Shown here: one piece after another, positions 11,519 through 23,824 of the stretch
Position numbering within the stretch: the first letter of the stretch is position 1
Layout of the letters: each line of letters starts with the position of its first letter
Source of the DNA: Mayamaea pseudoterrestris
Taxonomy: Eukaryota
Direction: 5' to 3'
Length of the DNA stretch: 64,000 nucleotides
Assembly: GCA_027923505.1 (NCBI GenBank)
Contig: BROI01000003.1
Span: forward strand, 1,178,001-1,242,000
Program-made: the position numbers and the translations under genes
The notes under the pieces: generated by a model
The model's database searches: none
The model's input: only the letters and a program-made list of their open reading frames with translations
Told to the model about the DNA's origin: nothing

Positions 11519-13060
11519 TTACAGTAAACGGAGGTTTCGTTTTGAAGTCGCCTTCGTCTCCTTTCCAACATGTGGATCTTTTTCGGCTGTCATCAAGTAA
11601 AGACGTAGTGCATCCACCTCTCGACTTTGCTCCATCGCCTCCATGGTGCGTTCAAAGGTTATTAACTCTCGCAACAGTGCGGAGGACGTGCGTCCCATTC
11701 CAATAAACGCATCGCGGACCGTTGATGCCACGACCGCCAAATCAACGAAAAAGGCATCGCCAGCAAACGGCCCGTGCTCGTCAACATAACCGGGAGTTTC
11801 TTCAACGTGCGTTGCCGAAATGCTACTAATGCTTCGGTTCTGGAGCCATGATGTGAGTCTTGAGACGGTGCATGGGCGATCCGACATGATGCTGACTCGA
11901 ATGGGCTTGTCGTAGTTGGTCGCTGCATCTGAAGCAGCAGCAACCTCTTGTTCTTTAGCGAAAAACGCTTTGCTCAAAGTATTTATTTCTCGATCAATGT
12001 TACAGCCATCCAATCCAGCGAATTGATGTCGAGAATGGAGCGCAATGGTGAAATATTGCGACATGTTTTCATCGGGCATGGAGGAGACACTGGTAGAAAC
12101 CGCCTGTAAAATCGGCTTGGCCCAATCGAACGTATATTTGTAAAACATTCCATACATAAAGTCGGCCCCCAGACTGTACAGTTGATCAGCCATTGTCCGA
12201 GCCTCTGACGTATGCAGCATAATGTCGCGAAGGGAAGTGCCGTTCTCCGCCGTGCTTGCGACGAGATGAAAGCCAAAGTGGCAATGAGGCCAATGTACGA
12301 CGCGCTGCGGATATTTGGCAAGCAAGTCGACACCATATTGGCTTTGAGCGCTCTCTGAGGTTTGAATACGGAGAGCATCGCCATATCTACCACCAACCGT
12401 TGTGTGGTAGGGAGTGGCAAAAGGTTCGTCGTCGTCGTCGTCATAATCAAGGTTGTGGCCTCGCTCCTGTTTCCATTCGTCGTAGCTCATCATCCACGGA
12501 GCACGGTGCAGCACATTGGCACAATCAATTTCTGTATTTGTTTTCTTGCATTTCACCGCTCTGTAGTGTAGCCTGTCCGTGTACTTGAGGCATGTTTCCT
12601 TGTCCCAGTACTTCCATAGGACGGTTCGATTCGTCAACATGCTCCACAGCAAGCCGTTCCAGAAAATGTGCAAACGATTGCCTCCCTGATGTGGACAAGA
12701 GTAAAAGGCTAACGCATAGTGTCTGTCGTCGGTATTGTTGTTTCGTATCGATTCGAGAATCGCTTCTCTGCCATGCTGTTGCATGTAGCCTTGCAGCACT
12801 TGCATTGGCAAAGGTACTTGATCCGTCGAAATGTTGTAAGATGGATATTGATAACCAACCGTAGAGCTTATAGACACCATTGGAGATGTTGTATGCGTTG
12901 CGTTCATAATGTGACCAGTTATTGCCGACTGAAGTGATTGAGGTTTCGTCTCGGTCCACAATGCAGCTGCCGTCAGCAGGCAAACGGTGAAGAGACCAAG
13001 CTTCTTGTAAGTCGCAAAGTCGGTGCCTGCTAGTTCCACTGTCTCGTTTTCTAGCAGCAT
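11519..13060 (-). CDS. Type II membrane glycosyltransferase-like protein
   Basis: N-terminal TM helix; GNRL, ALHSRH, IMSDR and EHGPFAG motifs resembling fucosyltransferase-like GT-B proteins. Confidence 0.6.
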   Translation of the reverse strand: MLLENETVELAGTDFATYKKLGLFTVCLLTAAALWTETKPQSLQSAITGHIMNATHTTSPMVSISSTVGYQYPSYNISTDQVPLPMQVLQGYMQQHGREAILESIRNNNTDDRHYALAFYSCPHQGGNRLHIFWNGLLWSMLTNRTVLWKYWDKETCLKYTDRLHYRAVKCKKTNTEIDCANVLHRAPWMMSYDEWKQERGHNLDYDDDDDEPFATPYHTTVGGRYGDALRIQTSESAQSQYGVDLLAKYPQRVVHWPHCHFGFHLVASTAENGTSLRDIMLHTSEARTMADQLYSLGADFMYGMFYKYTFDWAKPILQAVSTSVSSMPDENMSQYFTIALHSRHQFAGLDGCNIDREINTLSKAFFAKEQEVAAASDAATNYDKPIRVSIMSDRPCTVSRLTSWLQNRSISSISATHVEETPGYVDEHGPFAGDAFFVDLAVVASTVRDAFIGMGRTSSALLRELITFERTMEAMEQSREVDALRLYLMTAEKDPHVGKETKATSKRNLRLL

Positions 13061-13458
13061 GATGTGAAAAAGTAATTTGAAGGCGTATAATATGAATAGT
13101 AGTTGGACACTTTTTGACGGACGGAAGACGAGAGATGAGGTGCCGAAGCAGTGATCGTCATGGTTGGCGAGCGACTAACCGCAATGATATACCGCAGCGT
13201 GTCATTGCGAGTAATTGTAGTAAACAGCAATTTCAAAACAGCCAATCGATGACTGAAATTCGAGTTTTCACTTATGACTGACGTGGCCGGTGAGGGGCAT
13301 ATGTATGTTATGATGATCGCAAGATCCAGCGACCATGGACAATGCCGAACGCAAAATTGCACCATGAAGATCAACTCTTCATCAATGGCCATCTCCATCG
13401 TATCCTAGCCCTACACTTACAGGATAGTAAAGAACTAACATCATTCATAAATTCAAGC

Positions 13459-15201
13459 ATGTCAGCGCCAAATATCTCTCTCAACGATGCAGAGAAGGCG
13501 CCTCGCTTCCAGACCATTCTTTCGTGTCGTAGCCGCGCGGATCGTCGGCCGTCTGAGCTCGAGATTGAGCTTCGCGACCACTGTCTGAAGCTCAAGGTTG
13601 TCGAGAAGCTATCCGGAGCTCATTTTATCTTTCGTAAGTCTGCAAGTGAAGGATGCTGCTTTTTAATTTCATGATGCTCACATGCTCACCTCTTCTCTGT
13701 TTGCTCGTTGCTTTGATCATCAACCATTCATACCATTTGGTACAGCCGCAGACTCCACCGTTGCCATTCGAGCATACTATCCATACGACATTGCGCGCAT
13801 CGAGAAACAACTCGAGAAATCAAGTTCAAAGGACAAGCCATTGGAACCATTGAAAAATGACACTGATAATCTGCTTTCATTCGCCTCCAACTTTCGTCAC
13901 ACGCTCATCATTTTCGTCTACTCGCATGACTACATGATGGAGCAGCTCTCGCGTCTCAATTCGTTCACCAATCAGGCGCAGCGTATAATTCAAGACTCTG
14001 ATTTGACAAACTCGGCGCGCATTCTCTTTGCCGCAACGACGGAACAAGCGATTGCCCTCATTAGTCACGTTGCCGACGCGTACCATCCGGACAAGCTTCA
14101 ACTCAAGAGAATCTTTGCCGAGCGTCAGATTCTGCGCAATCAAGATCCAAAGAATATGCTTGCAAAATTTGTACGGGGAGTGGCAGACGAGATGAACATT
14201 CCAGAGGCTGAAACGCATATTGTCGTGAATCACTTTGACTCCGTCATGGCCATTGTCAGTGCGGATGAAGAGACGTATGCGGATGTTCCGATTGAGCCTT
14301 TTAGCAAGGAGAAGATCTTGGACTTTTTTAATCCCTCCCGTCGATCACAAGGAGGAGAACCATCCGCGGGATTGGTGACGCAGCCAGTGGATCGGCCCTT
14401 GCAGCAGGAACAATCGCAGCCGCCGACGTCCGCGCAGCAGTTGGCGTCTCCTCCTAGCATGCTTCAGCCACAGAGACTCTCGTATCCGCCAATGCAGCAG
14501 CAGTATCAAGCACCAATTTTTCAGCAGCTGCAGCAGCAGCAGCAGCAGTATCAGGCGCCAATGATACAGCAGCAGCAGCAGCAGCAGCAGCCGGTCTCGT
14601 CGATGGCACCAATAGCTGCATCTGGTGGTTCAATGAGTCCATTTCATGCGCCGCCGACAGAGTATGCCGAGTCATTGTACCCTGGCTCAGCGCCGTACGC
14701 GCCATTCGGTCCCTCGTTTGAAGTTGGAAACCCAAGCCAGGTGGCGCAGTCTTATGGTGAGCAATGGAGCTCAGTTTCTGCAAGGCAGCCACTTCGTCAA
14801 GTCAATGTCCATCCGTCGTTGGCGCATCACCAACCGGGGTTTGCATACTCTGTTCCTATGCAGCCTCAGCTGCAACAACAGATGCCACCGCCACCCCCAG
14901 TGATGCAGTATGATCAGCAATATCCTACAATGGCGCAAAATCATCACTACGGACTTGCTTACCAGCAACAACAGCAGCAGCAGCATCAGACGCACACGTC
15001 CACTCCGCGACCCAAGCAGCAGCACATTTTGTATCCATCCGAGAACCAGCAGCAGCCGTCCATGTATCCGCAGCAGCAACCGCATCCGCAGCAGCAGCAG
15101 CAGCAGCAGCAGCAACCAACATACGCAGCGGCACAGCAGCAGCCATACTGGGGCCCGCCTCATGCGAATCACCGACCACAGACTTATTCGTCGGCTGCTC
15201 C

Positions 15202-15247
<46 letters not shown>

Positions 15248-15292
15248 TGGAATGCATACTCGACTGCTCGTCCCGGAGGATTTGGCCATTAA
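13459..15292 (+). CDS. Hypothetical protein with Q/P/Y-rich low-complexity C-terminus (2 exons)
   Basis: ATG at 13459; a GTAAGT...TACAG intron at 13634-13745 joins in frame to the 536-aa ORF; several polyQ tracts. Confidence 0.75.
15203..15247 (+). repeat. (CAG)14CAA coding microsatellite; further CAG tracts between about 14520 and 15115
   Basis: Read directly from the sequence; encodes Q15. Confidence 0.95.
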
Positions 15293-15618
15293 GCTGAGCT
15301 GTGGTATGCTTTTCACGATGGATCGCATTACAAATGCAATATTTTGCATGTGATCATTAGAACCATTATCATTAGACGCTATCTCTGCAAACAGTGTCAT
15401 TAAACTATCTACAGATAGCCTGCTACCACCGTTTCTAAATCTCATCCTCCCCATCCTGTCTCAAAGGGAAGCGTATCAGTCGCCTTTTCTCTGCAGCTGC
15501 TTTCACCATGGCTTCCTCCAAGAGCTCTGCCATTGGTGAAATAGGCCAACCACCTTATCACGATCTGCCGCTGGTCCGCAATTGTACAACCTCTGTTACC
15601 AGTGTTACCAGTAGAACA

Positions 15619-17268
15619 TCAGTCGTTAGAGACAATCCCTCCTCTACGTCGGCACGCTCCAAAGTTAACAATCCTTGAAACTTGCCACCACACAAGACTG
15701 GACCATATGCCGTGCAAGTCGTTGCACCTCAGCAAAATAATCAAGTGCGCCGAAAACGTAACGCTATAAGTCACCACCAAGTTTCGAAAGTCGCGCTTGG
15801 CAATCATGACACCTTCCATCAACGTACTCAACGCGTGGAGCGCAAGACATGCGGCAACCACGGGTCCAGTGGAGCCAATGGCAAACGCGACAGTCTCATC
15901 GGAAACAAAGAATGAGCTCGTCGCCTTGGATAACAAAACGTGCGCCCCAATGCCACCAGCCATGGAGGCGAACAAGCAGAGTAGAGCCATTCGCATTAGC
16001 ATTGACTCGTACTGAGTCACTTGCAACTTTGGATACAACACTGTCGGCAAGTAGTTTTGCGCCGTTTGCCCCAGCCCATCCGCCAAGCACCCCAGCAGGT
16101 AGTAGACACGCAGCAGTATCGAGTGCGCGGCGAGCGATGCAACGTCATTGAGACGCGCGAGGCGCATGGTCAACACGCAGTAGGTGCCCATGCGCGCCCA
16201 CATGACAAACGCCAGTGGGAGTGACAGTTTCAACATTTGCTTCAACGATGGGCCATTCGGCAGAGACAGGAATGGAACGTGAGCCTCGGCGTAGATCGGT
16301 TTGCTCTCCATGTTCACTTCCGCATAGTTGAAAATTTCTTCTTCTTCTTGACGTTTCCATTCCTGCATCAACAAACGGACGCGTCGGAGCAACACGAATG
16401 CTTCGCTTCCATTGGCCGCCATTTTGGCCATGGCGGCGCCCTGCATGCCCAGTATTGGCGTCAGTAACGCGTCACACAAGCAGTTGCTTGTCACGGCAAA
16501 CGCAATGGCATACCGCACCGTCACGGTGTGATGCGTCACCAAGCACACCGACTGGGCCACCATGCCGAGAATGGCAACGGGCGCCATGAGGGCTCGGATG
16601 CGACAGTATTGCACCGCAAGTGACACTAATTCCTCGTCGTTTGTGAATAACAGCAGCAGCTTGTCGCCAATTGTCCACACAATGATCAAAATGAAGCAGC
16701 CAGCACAAACAGCCAAGCCCATGAATCGACTCGTCGTTGATTGCAGTTTGCGAAACAAGTTTCGCCTGCGGCGACTTGCATCATAGTGATTGTTTGCACC
16801 ATGACTATAGCTATTCACTTCACTTGATAGCGCCGCCAATTGATTCGTCGTGGCCGTCGCTAAAAAGTACACCATGTACAGCAAGGTATCCATGAGCGTC
16901 GTGGCCGGCCCCATGGCCGCCACTTGCATCACTGCATTGTATGCGGTCCACGACACCACGGTGGCGTCCGTGAGCGACAGCAGCGGCTCCACCAGCCAAA
17001 CGAGTGTGACGGTGGATTGAAAGGAAAAGAGTTGGTAGCATGATGGAGATGCTGCAGCAGACGGATGGTGCGAAGCTTCGGCAGCAACCTTGAGACGACG
17101 CTCCGTCGCGTCATCATGCGCGTCGAGCGGCACGAGTCGCGTGCAGAGTTCATGCTTTAATTCATCTTGCGACAGTGAGTACGCGTCATTCGATGCTGCC
17201 GATGACATCGAGTTCGTTTCCAGTTCGAACGACGACAAAGTCTTGACCACATTCATGTCGCTCATCAT
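15619..17268 (-). CDS. MATE (DinF-like) transporter, paralog of 4231-6243
   Basis: WLVEPLLSLTDATVV, AAMGPATT, GMQGAA, LAAH and MEGVMIAKRDFR motifs, colinear with the first MATE. Confidence 0.88.
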   Translation of the reverse strand: MMSDMNVVKTLSSFELETNSMSSAASNDAYSLSQDELKHELCTRLVPLDAHDDATERRLKVAAEASHHPSAAASPSCYQLFSFQSTVTLVWLVEPLLSLTDATVVSWTAYNAVMQVAAMGPATTLMDTLLYMVYFLATATTNQLAALSSEVNSYSHGANNHYDASRRRRNLFRKLQSTTSRFMGLAVCAGCFILIIVWTIGDKLLLLFTNDEELVSLAVQYCRIRALMAPVAILGMVAQSVCLVTHHTVTVRYAIAFAVTSNCLCDALLTPILGMQGAAMAKMAANGSEAFVLLRRVRLLMQEWKRQEEEEIFNYAEVNMESKPIYAEAHVPFLSLPNGPSLKQMLKLSLPLAFVMWARMGTYCVLTMRLARLNDVASLAAHSILLRVYYLLGCLADGLGQTAQNYLPTVLYPKLQVTQYESMLMRMALLCLFASMAGGIGAHVLLSKATSSFFVSDETVAFAIGSTGPVVAACLALHALSTLMEGVMIAKRDFRNLVVTYSVTFSAHLIILLRCNDLHGIWSSLVWWQVSRIVNFGACRRRGGIVSND

Positions 17269-18240
17269 TTATGTACAAGCTTGTAAGTGGTAGCAGTAGC
17301 TGAAGAATAACTAATGTGTCTTTGACCACCATGCATAGGAGTCTCTCTTGCTTCCAATGAAAAAAGGTATTGCCTTCTCCCACCAACTCGTGGAGTCTCT
17401 TCGGAACGAGGCTCACTGGAAAACGCTGAATCTCTGTCGCATTCTGAAGCCTCGCCGCCACAGACCGCGGCTCTCATGCTGCTGACAAAATGATACGACA
17501 AACAGAAAAGGCTTGTTGCCGTCGTCATGACATTATCATATGATGTTTGTTGTTGTCATTCTTCCATGCTCATCTATCTGCCTGCCGACGGAAACGAACC
17601 AAGCTCGTCCGCACGCGTCAATTCTACGTCAATCATGTTTCGCCACCGGCCAGTGTCGCATTGCTTAGCTGAAGAAGCTGAAGAACCTAGTCCTGTATCG
17701 CATTGTAGTATTACTCTATCGGCTAAAAGTAATTTCGAGAGGAGATTGCCGTAGCGTCGATGTTATGATAGCATGATGATAAGCGTGCGATCCGTCCACA
17801 CGGTTCTTGTCGTTGGCACCTGAAGGGACGTCACTAAGATCCAAAGAGTAGTTCTGGAAGTTTTGAAAAGCATAAACAGTTCCTTTACATTAGCTTTAAA
17901 ACTAAAATTTCTCGACACTCTAGCGCCGAGAGTGCCCAGATTACCTTACGACGAGTATTCCTGAGGTTGTTAACGTATTAACGTACTTGACGTCGGCTAG
18001 CAAACGATTGAAAATGTATTGCGCTGAAAGAGTTAATAGAGGAGTGCATACGGTAAACGAATAGATTTTTTTATGTCACTATTCTTTATAATGGTAAATT
18101 AGTATCAGTTTGACACGTCTACGGTAGACGGAACCAAAAAATGTTCACAGTCGCGCGTCGTGGAATTATATGCATGTAACGACTTCCGCCGCTTTCCATC
18201 TCTGAACATATCGACTCACTCCTCTCTTGCTGTTCATAAA

Positions 18241-19197
18241 TTAAGCAGCAGATAGCCATCCAATCTTGATAAACTCCTCCTGCGCCACGACAAAAATCTG
18301 CCCCAGCCACGCCACCTGCAGCACCGACAAGCCGGAAAGACTCACGAGAAAAAACTTCATCCAGCGCTTTTGCGCAATCGTCAGCCCCTTTTCATTCTTC
18401 AACGCCGTCAGTACGTCACGCGAAAAGTGGTACGAGTAGAAGGGCCACAAAATGCAGCGACAAGTCACAAACAAGAATACAAAGACAATGCCGACTCCAA
18501 TCTTGGTGTACGGCATGGCGTCTCCCAAGCCCGGTACACCTTGATCCACGTCAAAATTGGCCAAGATGCACACCACGGCCGTACTCAGTTCGCACATGCC
18601 AAAAAAGAAAATCGCATAGTAGCTTCCCATGTTGGGAAACATGCAGCCCCACGCTGTGACCAGGGAAAAGACGTGATGAAACAAGTATTCGGGGCCGTCG
18701 CTCCACACGTAGCTGTCATACAGATTCTTGATTTGATAGACAAAGAATAGGAGCGCAATGCGAAAGCCGCTCGGCTGGTAGGTGAACAAGCGAGACGCGT
18801 AGGTTGCTTGGAGTGATGATGATCCCGATTCCTTTTTACCTTGCTGCGTTTTGCTTGCAAACAAGTCGGCATGCAAATGTTTCGACCGCCATCCGCAGAC
18901 AAAGACGACCAAGCACGCCAAGGCGTCAACGCCCATGTGTCGCGCAATGATTTGTCGATTGCGTTCAATCACCATGAGCTCGTGCCAGTGCGTGTTGCCT
19001 GCCAGCCACCAACGCCACAGCTGCTCGGATGATATGAGAATGAGCAAAAAGACTAATCCAGTGGCAATCAGTGAAGACGTTTCGGGTCTTTGGTGCTTGT
19101 TTTGCAGCGAAGAAAAGGAATCGAGCGAGCACAAGATGCGAAACAGTGGCTGCTGGTTGCGCGCACATGTTGCGGAAGGGGCATCGGATATGCACAT
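18241..19197 (-). CDS. TLC (TRAM/LAG1/CLN8) domain membrane protein, TMEM56-like
   Basis: YD...FHH, ELST and F..F...R motifs with multiple TM helices. Confidence 0.8.
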   Translation of the reverse strand: MCISDAPSATCARNQQPLFRILCSLDSFSSLQNKHQRPETSSLIATGLVFLLILISSEQLWRWWLAGNTHWHELMVIERNRQIIARHMGVDALACLVVFVCGWRSKHLHADLFASKTQQGKKESGSSSLQATYASRLFTYQPSGFRIALLFFVYQIKNLYDSYVWSDGPEYLFHHVFSLVTAWGCMFPNMGSYYAIFFFGMCELSTAVVCILANFDVDQGVPGLGDAMPYTKIGVGIVFVFLFVTCRCILWPFYSYHFSRDVLTALKNEKGLTIAQKRWMKFFLVSLSGLSVLQVAWLGQIFVVAQEEFIKIGWLSAA

Positions 19198-20038
19198 GCT
19201 GGATTGAGATAGTTGCTATGAGCGTCTACAGCAATGTAAGACGAACTCGGATCAATCCTTTTGTCTTCGAATCTATAAACAAGGGTGGTTGGCTGCGTGT
19301 GCTGCCGACGGAGCAATTTGGCCGACGACGACGCGCATCGAAAAACGAGTGACGACGATGGTTTCGAGAGGCGATGTGGTCATTGAATTGCTGGCGATTG
19401 ATTGGCTATTTTGTGTCGTAGCATCACTAAACATTCGTTTTCATCCGTGCGAGTTTTCCGGATTGGCGATTAGACGCGATTGACGTTCCGTTCGACCATG
19501 AGGCTTGGAGCGTGATCGTGGAGACATTGGCAACTGGCAGCAAAAGACTTGTACCTCGAGATCCAATCAGTCTCTAGTATTGTTACACGTTGACGAATGA
19601 ACATGGTAGTGTAGATGCAATACAGGCAGCATGTCCGTCACCATGTAGCCAAGTAGCCAAGTGAGCGGAGTAAGAGTCTACATTAAAATATAACAACATG
19701 ACGACACGTATAAAAACGCCGTTCGCTTCTATGAAGCATCTACAGAGAGTTCGTCGGTGAAGCAGATCCGTAACGGTGCTGCGCCGCCGACGGAGCGACT
19801 CAGCTGCATCAACATATTCATGATCCATGCTGTTGCTTCATGTGTATTCTCACGCTGCCATCAGGAGCGTGAAAGGACTCTTGGAGGATCTTTTGCATAG
19901 CTCGTTACGACACATCAACCTCGCTGCGTGGGCAGTCGAGGAGCGTGTATGAGGAGCGTGACGCCGAGTGGAAGTGAGTCATTTGTACCTTTCACAATTG
20001 TTGCGAGTGCGCGCAAGACGAGTCTACATTCTGGCAGC

Positions 20039-21504
20039 ATGACGATCCGTTTGATTCTAAGTTTGACCGTCCTTCTCATCATTGGGATTTGTGCGCAGAA
20101 AGAGAACGAGCAGGCTAGTGGTCGCGCCCTCCAGCAATTCTCCACGTCGACGAGTGACATGGATCCAAGTCCCGACGTTTGGATCGTCGAGCTCAAGGCA
20201 GGTACAACGAGCGTTTCAAGCGTTGCCAGTGACATGGTGGCGTCAGCAAGTAACGGCAAGGTTGGCTTTGTGTTTCAGCAAGCTCTCCAAGGCTTTGTGT
20301 ATCACGGCTCCGATATTGATGCCATCAAGGCCGATCCCAACGTCAAGTCGGTGACGCGCGACGGCCTTTCTTACATTGTGGGAACGTCAACAACAATGTC
20401 GCAAAAGGTTCCGTCGGGCATTCAACGCATCTTTGCCGACACCAAAACCTACATGCGCCAAGCGAGTAGCACTTGTCGCTGCGATGCCGTCGTGGCAGTG
20501 TTGGACACCGGAGTAAGCTTTTCGCATCCCGACTTGCTCGTCAACCAGCAAATGAGCGTTGACTGCACTTCCGGGACTTGCGTGCAAGGTTTCGGCGATG
20601 ACGACAATGGGCATGGATCGCACGTGGCAGGTACGATTGCTGCAATTTCCAACGCGCAAGGTGTCATTGGCGTTTGCCCGGGGGCAGAGATTTGGTCCGT
20701 CAAGGTGATTGGCAGCGCCGGTTGGGGTTACAATAGTTGGATACTTGCCGGGATCGAGTACATACGGACTTATGCGAGTCGGGTTGATGTGATTAACATG
20801 TCGATTGCTGGCGATGGGTGCGATAGCAATTACTGCGCCGCCATTGCTCGTACCAAGAGGGCCGGCGTTGCTTTTGCAGTCGCGGCGGGCAATGACAACA
20901 GCCAGGCAAGCAGTGTTACGCCGGCTTGTTGCGCGGGCGTGCTTGGTAAGTGACAACCATTGTACATTGTCGAGTGGATCTGGGCGAAAGGTAGCTGCAG
21001 GAAAGATTTATACAAACTCACGCGCACCAATGCCCATTGAATTCGCAGCCGTGTCAGCTTTGTCGGATTCGGATGGTGAAGCAGGCGGAGCTGGCGGCAA
21101 CACTTGCACCGGCAACAAGGATGATATGATTGCGTCGTTTAGCAACTATGGGAGTGCAGTTGACATGGCGGCTCCTGGGGGTACGTCATTCTGTTATTGG
21201 TGTGCAGGCTATTCGTCTTGATTTTCACCTCGTCTCACCCCATTATCTGTCAGATTGCATCCTCTCCACTGTTCCTGGAGGATATGCTTACTACAGCGGC
21301 ACAAGCATGGCGAGTCCTCATGTTGCTGGCGCCTTGGCCGTTATAGCTAGCAATAATCACAATGGACGAGTCAATCGACACTATAGGAAGCTCAAGGCTG
21401 CTGGCAATTACAACTTTATTGACAAGTCTGTCGATACCTTCAAGGAACCCTTGCTGGACATGACCAGAATTCGCGATGCTCATATGATAGGGAGTTGCTC
21501 GTAA
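20039..21504 (+). CDS. Secreted subtilisin-like serine protease (S8), 3 exons
   Basis: Signal peptide and I9-like prodomain; catalytic motifs VLDTG, HGSHVAG, AAGN and GTSMASPHVAG; introns at about 20946-21048 and 21181-21253. Confidence 0.92.
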
Positions 21505-21906
21505 ATCGTTATCACTCTGAGCTCTGAGAGTCTGCGAACGTATTGTCTCCGTTGTTTTGGGTCCTGTATACTGTATCAAGCCTTCTGTCACAAAACTAAC
21601 TATAAGCGTAAAGCTTACTCTCTACGTACTCCCTACATATATTTTCCTATGATTGCTGCACTATGTTTGCTCGCTTGTTTGTGTCTCTGTTGCAATATGA
21701 CAATGACAAAGGAAGCAGGTGAATCCCAGTCACAATGACCCGGCAATCTGCACACGACTGACGCACGACTCGAAGGCAATAATCGAAAACTCCGTAAGTG
21801 AACGGGCTTATGAAGAAATGACCCTCACGCGTGGTAAGTGTTGCGCGCACCGCCAATGCAGTCCGTGGCCCTGCATTCGGCACAACTTCAAACTTTCGTC
21901 ACGACC

Positions 21907-23404
21907 ATGCTTGCCATATTGATCTTGTTATGCAGCAGTCTCCTTGCTGGAGCTGTTATTCAGGAAGACGTAGATTTCGGCTCGGACAGAAGGCTTCAAC
22001 AGCAGGATGATGGAGACGAGGATCGTTGGATCGTTGAGCTTTATCCACAACAACAAAACTTTCTCCGAACGGCTGCAGAAGCGATGGATACGACAAGCCA
22101 AGCCATAGAGATGACTGAAGAAATAGACGGCCATGTGGGGCTCGTATTCGAGCAGGTGCTCGATGGATTTGTGTATCACGGCAAGGACATTGATAGCATC
22201 GAGGCCAATCCCAACGTCAAGTCCGTCAGGCGTGACTATAAGATTGAAGCGTCCGTTCAAACAGTACCAACTGGAATTAAGCGAGTATACGCCGACACGA
22301 AGAACTACACTCGCGCGGCAAGCTCCAGGTGCTTTTGCGACGCAGTCGTGGCAATCTTGGACACGGGTGTTGACTTTTCCCATCCTGACTTGCGCGTCAA
22401 CAAGGTGAAGAGCGTCGATTGCTCGGGGAATAGGCGTAGCACTCAACCAGCGTGTATTCTAGGTCGTGGAGATGATGATAACGGGCATGGAACTCATGTC
22501 GCAGGGACTGCTGGCGCCATAGCCAATCGAGTCGGAGTCATTGGGGTGTGTCCAGGAGCTGAAATATGGTCCATCAAAATGTTGGATAGCTCAGGTTCTG
22601 GCTACTCATCCTGGGCTTTGGCGGCATTAGATTATGTTGCACAAAATGCTGCCGCAATCGACGTTGCTAATCTTTCTTGGGGCTACTACAAGGAAGGGTT
22701 TTGCGACGACTTGCTATGCAGGGGCATGGCAAGGGTCAAAAAGGCAGGAGTTGCCATGGCCGTGGCTGCCGGAAATTACAATTCACCTGCGCAAAATCAA
22801 TCACCCGCATGCTGCTCGGCTGGATTGGGTAAGTTTATTTGTATGACGACGTCGTGCTTGTAGAAAAAGTCTGAATGGCAAAAGCGACTGCTACTTACCC
22901 AATCCATTTTATTCGCATTAGCTGTGGCGTCCTTGTCGGATGCCGACGGCACTCCAGGCGGACAGGGGACGTCGAGTTGCAAAACATACCCCGATGACAC
23001 GATCGCTGGCAGTAGCAACTATGGAGACGCCGTTGACATTGTCGCTCCAGGTGGTACGTGAATTGCAACAATGATATAGTATAAATGCGAATGGTTCAAT
23101 TTTTCCACTCGCATGTCTAAATCTAACGCATATCACCTATTCCGCAGATTGCATTTTGTCGACCGTCCCAGGCGGATACGCCGTGTACAGCGGCACCAGC
23201 ATGGCAAGTCCGCACGTGGCTGGTGCATTGGCCGTGGTGGCCAGCACCAGGAACAATAAGCGGGTCAACCCACTCTACAGGAAAGTGAAACGGGCTGGAA
23301 ACTTTGATTATTCGGACAAGCCACCCTTTTTTCGCAAGAAACCCTTGCTTGATTTGCGCAAGCTTCCTGACGCGAACATGATTGGAAGGTGTCGTCGAAA
23401 ATGA
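21907..23404 (+). CDS. Secreted subtilisin-like serine protease (S8), tandem paralog, 3 exons
   Basis: ILDTG, HGTHVAG, AAGN and GTSMASPHVAG motifs; introns at about 22829-22921 and 23055-23148, at the same positions as in the first copy. Confidence 0.92.
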
Positions 23405-23824
23405 GTTTGATGACTGATTACGTACAGTAGATGTTTATAGTGCTGAGAAACGCACGTTTCTCGCAGGCCAATTTTAGCGATTAGTATATCCCCTTTTAAG
23501 TTTTTCAATAAAGGTTCCTTTGCGGCTTAGTCGCTATGTTGGAAAAAGCGGGTCGCTCGTGATAGCTACAGTATTTACTTGAGAATGAACGTCGTAGCGG
23601 CTCTACAATCGACCATCAGAGACGATCCACAAACAACTCTCCGATTTTAGCGACTAGTAAAATTTTGTTAATCTATTTCAATATAGTTTCGGTTACTTCT
23701 TAGCTTTGCTTTAGTAGCAGCAGCGAGTCGCTCATGGTAGCTACTTTCAAAAGTCGTACCGGTAGTCGTAGCGGTTCTGAGACCGACGTTTTGCAAGAAG
23801 AGGATCCACAAACACAACTCGACC

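Noticed and set aside
14454..15454. Poly-Leu/Ala/Ser ORFs in alternative frames
   Set aside because: These are shadow frames of the CAG repeats in the real polyQ gene.
23470..23665. Short TAGCGA(T/C)TAG direct and inverted repeats
   Set aside because: They are too short, and no TIR or target-site boundary could be defined.
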